From the NCBI GenBank assembly GCA_964188305.1, contig OZ076889.1: 64,000 nt of DNA. One strand, given 5' to 3'. Below, one piece after another: positions 49,933-64,000 of the stretch (position 1 is its first letter; the number at the start of each line of letters is the position of its first letter). Source of the stretch: Podarcis bocagei. Taxonomy: Eukaryota. A model generated the notes under the pieces. The model worked only from the letters and a program-made list of their open reading frames with translations. It was not told the DNA's origin and did no database searches. Both the position numbers and the translations under genes were made by a program.

Positions 49933-51924
49933 CCCGCCCGCGCTGCTGCGGCCGGCCTACTCCCGAGTCCTGGAGGCGAGAACAACACGCCTCTTCCTCC
50001 CCACTTCCGGGTTCATTCCCCAGCTCCCCCGATTGGTGCTCGTGGGATCCACCCACGGCTCCCGCTGGGCGTGGCCAGGGCAGGACCGGCATTACCGTAA
50101 TGTGCGCTGTAGCAAGTCTCCCGGAAAAGTTAGGACGGGAGGCGCACAGCACACGCGCCGCCGCTTGTCTGGGGCGCTGGAAAGAGGGCAGAACCAGCAC
50201 CGCGGAGCAGGGCTCGTAGACGCCCAAGTGGTGGGGCAGCAAAAACCCCTCTGGTCTATTTTGAGCATAGACATCCAACAAGTAACTGGCATTAGAACTC
50301 CTAATTAAATTAAATACAGTACAGAGAGCATTGCAACAACCCATATAGTTCATGGGAGCTAGACAAATGCACCAAACCCTTGGGTCAAGGCAGCAATTGT
50401 GCATGCAGAAATGAATTAAAAGACAGAAATATGCATTCATTTCCCCACAAGTCCACTGCCCGCCCTCATGTAGCCCCCGTATTCACAGCCAAGGGGAATG
50501 ATTAAGAAGCTGGGTTAGTACATCTGCTACTAGTTCTACATCCATAAAATATGTGGTATTTTCCTGTCCTAGCCGATGAATGCCACTCCCTGTGCTTGGC
50601 TGATAAAAACTTTGGACCACCTCCTCCTTGGATACATTGTGCTCTTTGCTTGGAGATAAAAATTACCCTAACCACAGCACCACATGGGACCAATAGATAA
50701 AAATGTGGGAAGGTGTTGCCAAAGGCTGCTTTGTCTGTGCCTCACATATTACTCTGGAATCCACAGCTCAGTCATGATATACATACACTAACAGCAAACA
50801 CAATTCTCAGAGATCCAGTCCTTATGTAACCAAAGGTGCAACATATATGTGCAAGAAGGAAGTATTATAGCAGGCTCGGGGAGACCCCAAGATTGGCAGA
50901 AGAACAAGCAAAAACCTCCACAGCAAAATTTGTCATCAGGCCGAGCAGAAGTTTCCAGAAGCCACTTGGCTTTTTAATCCCGTGTGGGTTGTGCATTTGT
51001 GTTCACCGATCCTTGTACTGTAGTGTTGCTTAACAATGTTCATCAACACTGGTAAGCCTAAGAAGCAATGTGACTCCAGATCATCATAGAACATTAATGA
51101 TGAGGGAGACAGACGTGAGAAACAGTGTTAGGTCCTTCTGTAAGAGAAGATACAGAGGTGAAAGTGTCAAGATTGTACCAAGCAGATTTACCACTAGGTA
51201 ATTGGGCACCTCCAAAGAACAGTGACATCTAAAGGGCACAACTCAGCAACAGAGAACATGTTTAAATGCGTTAGAGAACCTGGTGGTCTCCAAACTCCCA
51301 TCAGCCAAGGCTAGTATAGCTAATGATCAGGGATGGTAGGAGTTGTGATCCAGACCAGCAAGGCGGGGCAGGCCGCAGGTCCCCTAGCCCTAGTTTAAGG
51401 CCACTCTTTATATTACTACTACGTAGTGTCAATTTCCTAGCGCCTGATCAGAGATCCTTCCGCCTGTCCTGGTGTTTGTTTTGGAAACGCGAACTTTTAT
51501 GATATGCCTCATCGCCAGCCATTCACATGAGCCCAGGAACTGAAGTGAAACGCAGTCAGAGATCTTGCGCGCCGACCTTCCTTGGCCACTTTCACCTTAG
51601 GCCTAAACCTCCCTCGCGGGGTCCGGCGCTTGCCGCCGACCCATTCCCATTGTGCGGTTCCCCTGGCTTCTTGCATGCCAGGCTTGCTCATTCAGCCGTC
51701 CGCCGATAGAGGCTGCTTTACGGTACACCCGGCAGAACCTAGGAGGAAGGAGGGCGAGAGTAGCAGGAAGCAGCCGCAGCCGCCCTCCTCCCGGTCGCTG
51801 CGCTGGGGAAAGACTCGCCGCCTGCCAGAATCGGGACGGGAGGGAAGGGGCCACCGGCGGAGCTGCTCCTGCGGCGGCTGCTCCCTCTGGGCCAACCCCG
51901 CCTCGGCGGCTGCAGGCGGCCAGG

Positions 51925-64000
<12,076 letters not shown>

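Noticed and set aside
51652-51924. In-frame N-terminal extension of HECTD3
   Set aside because: Non-ATG start; stop-poor GC-rich 5' UTR explains the open frame, and there is no recognisable homology.

Overview
Vertebrate genomic DNA, most likely a squamate (lacertid-like lizard, judged from the SINE/LINE repertoire). It is not prokaryotic, so most entries in the ORF track are spurious or exon fragments. Three spliced genes in the order known from human 1p34.1 were reconstructed by hand from GT-AG boundaries and reading-frame phase. They are the 3' part of ZSWIM5 (+, 12 coding exons, stop at 34178), complete UROD (-, 10 exons, 369 aa, ATG at 49932) and the 5' part of HECTD3 (+, ATG at 51925, 13 exons, running off the window). 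ZSWIM5/UROD are convergent and UROD/HECTD3 are divergent. Introns carry Tc1/mariner-type and hAT MITEs, L1, L2, CR1, BovB/RTE fragments, Squam-type SINEs and microsatellites. The standout is a 2.3-kb non-autonomous hAT element in a ZSWIM5 intron (15294-17636; TIRs plus a perfect 8-bp TSD). Its CpG-rich interior carries what reads as a captured piece of the TAL1/SCL first coding exon, including a TATA box and RFX X-box facing out of the element, and a nested 5'-truncated L1. This looks like a Pack-TE-style gene-capture event in a reptile. Gene and family names come from recalled protein/TE similarity, not database searches.
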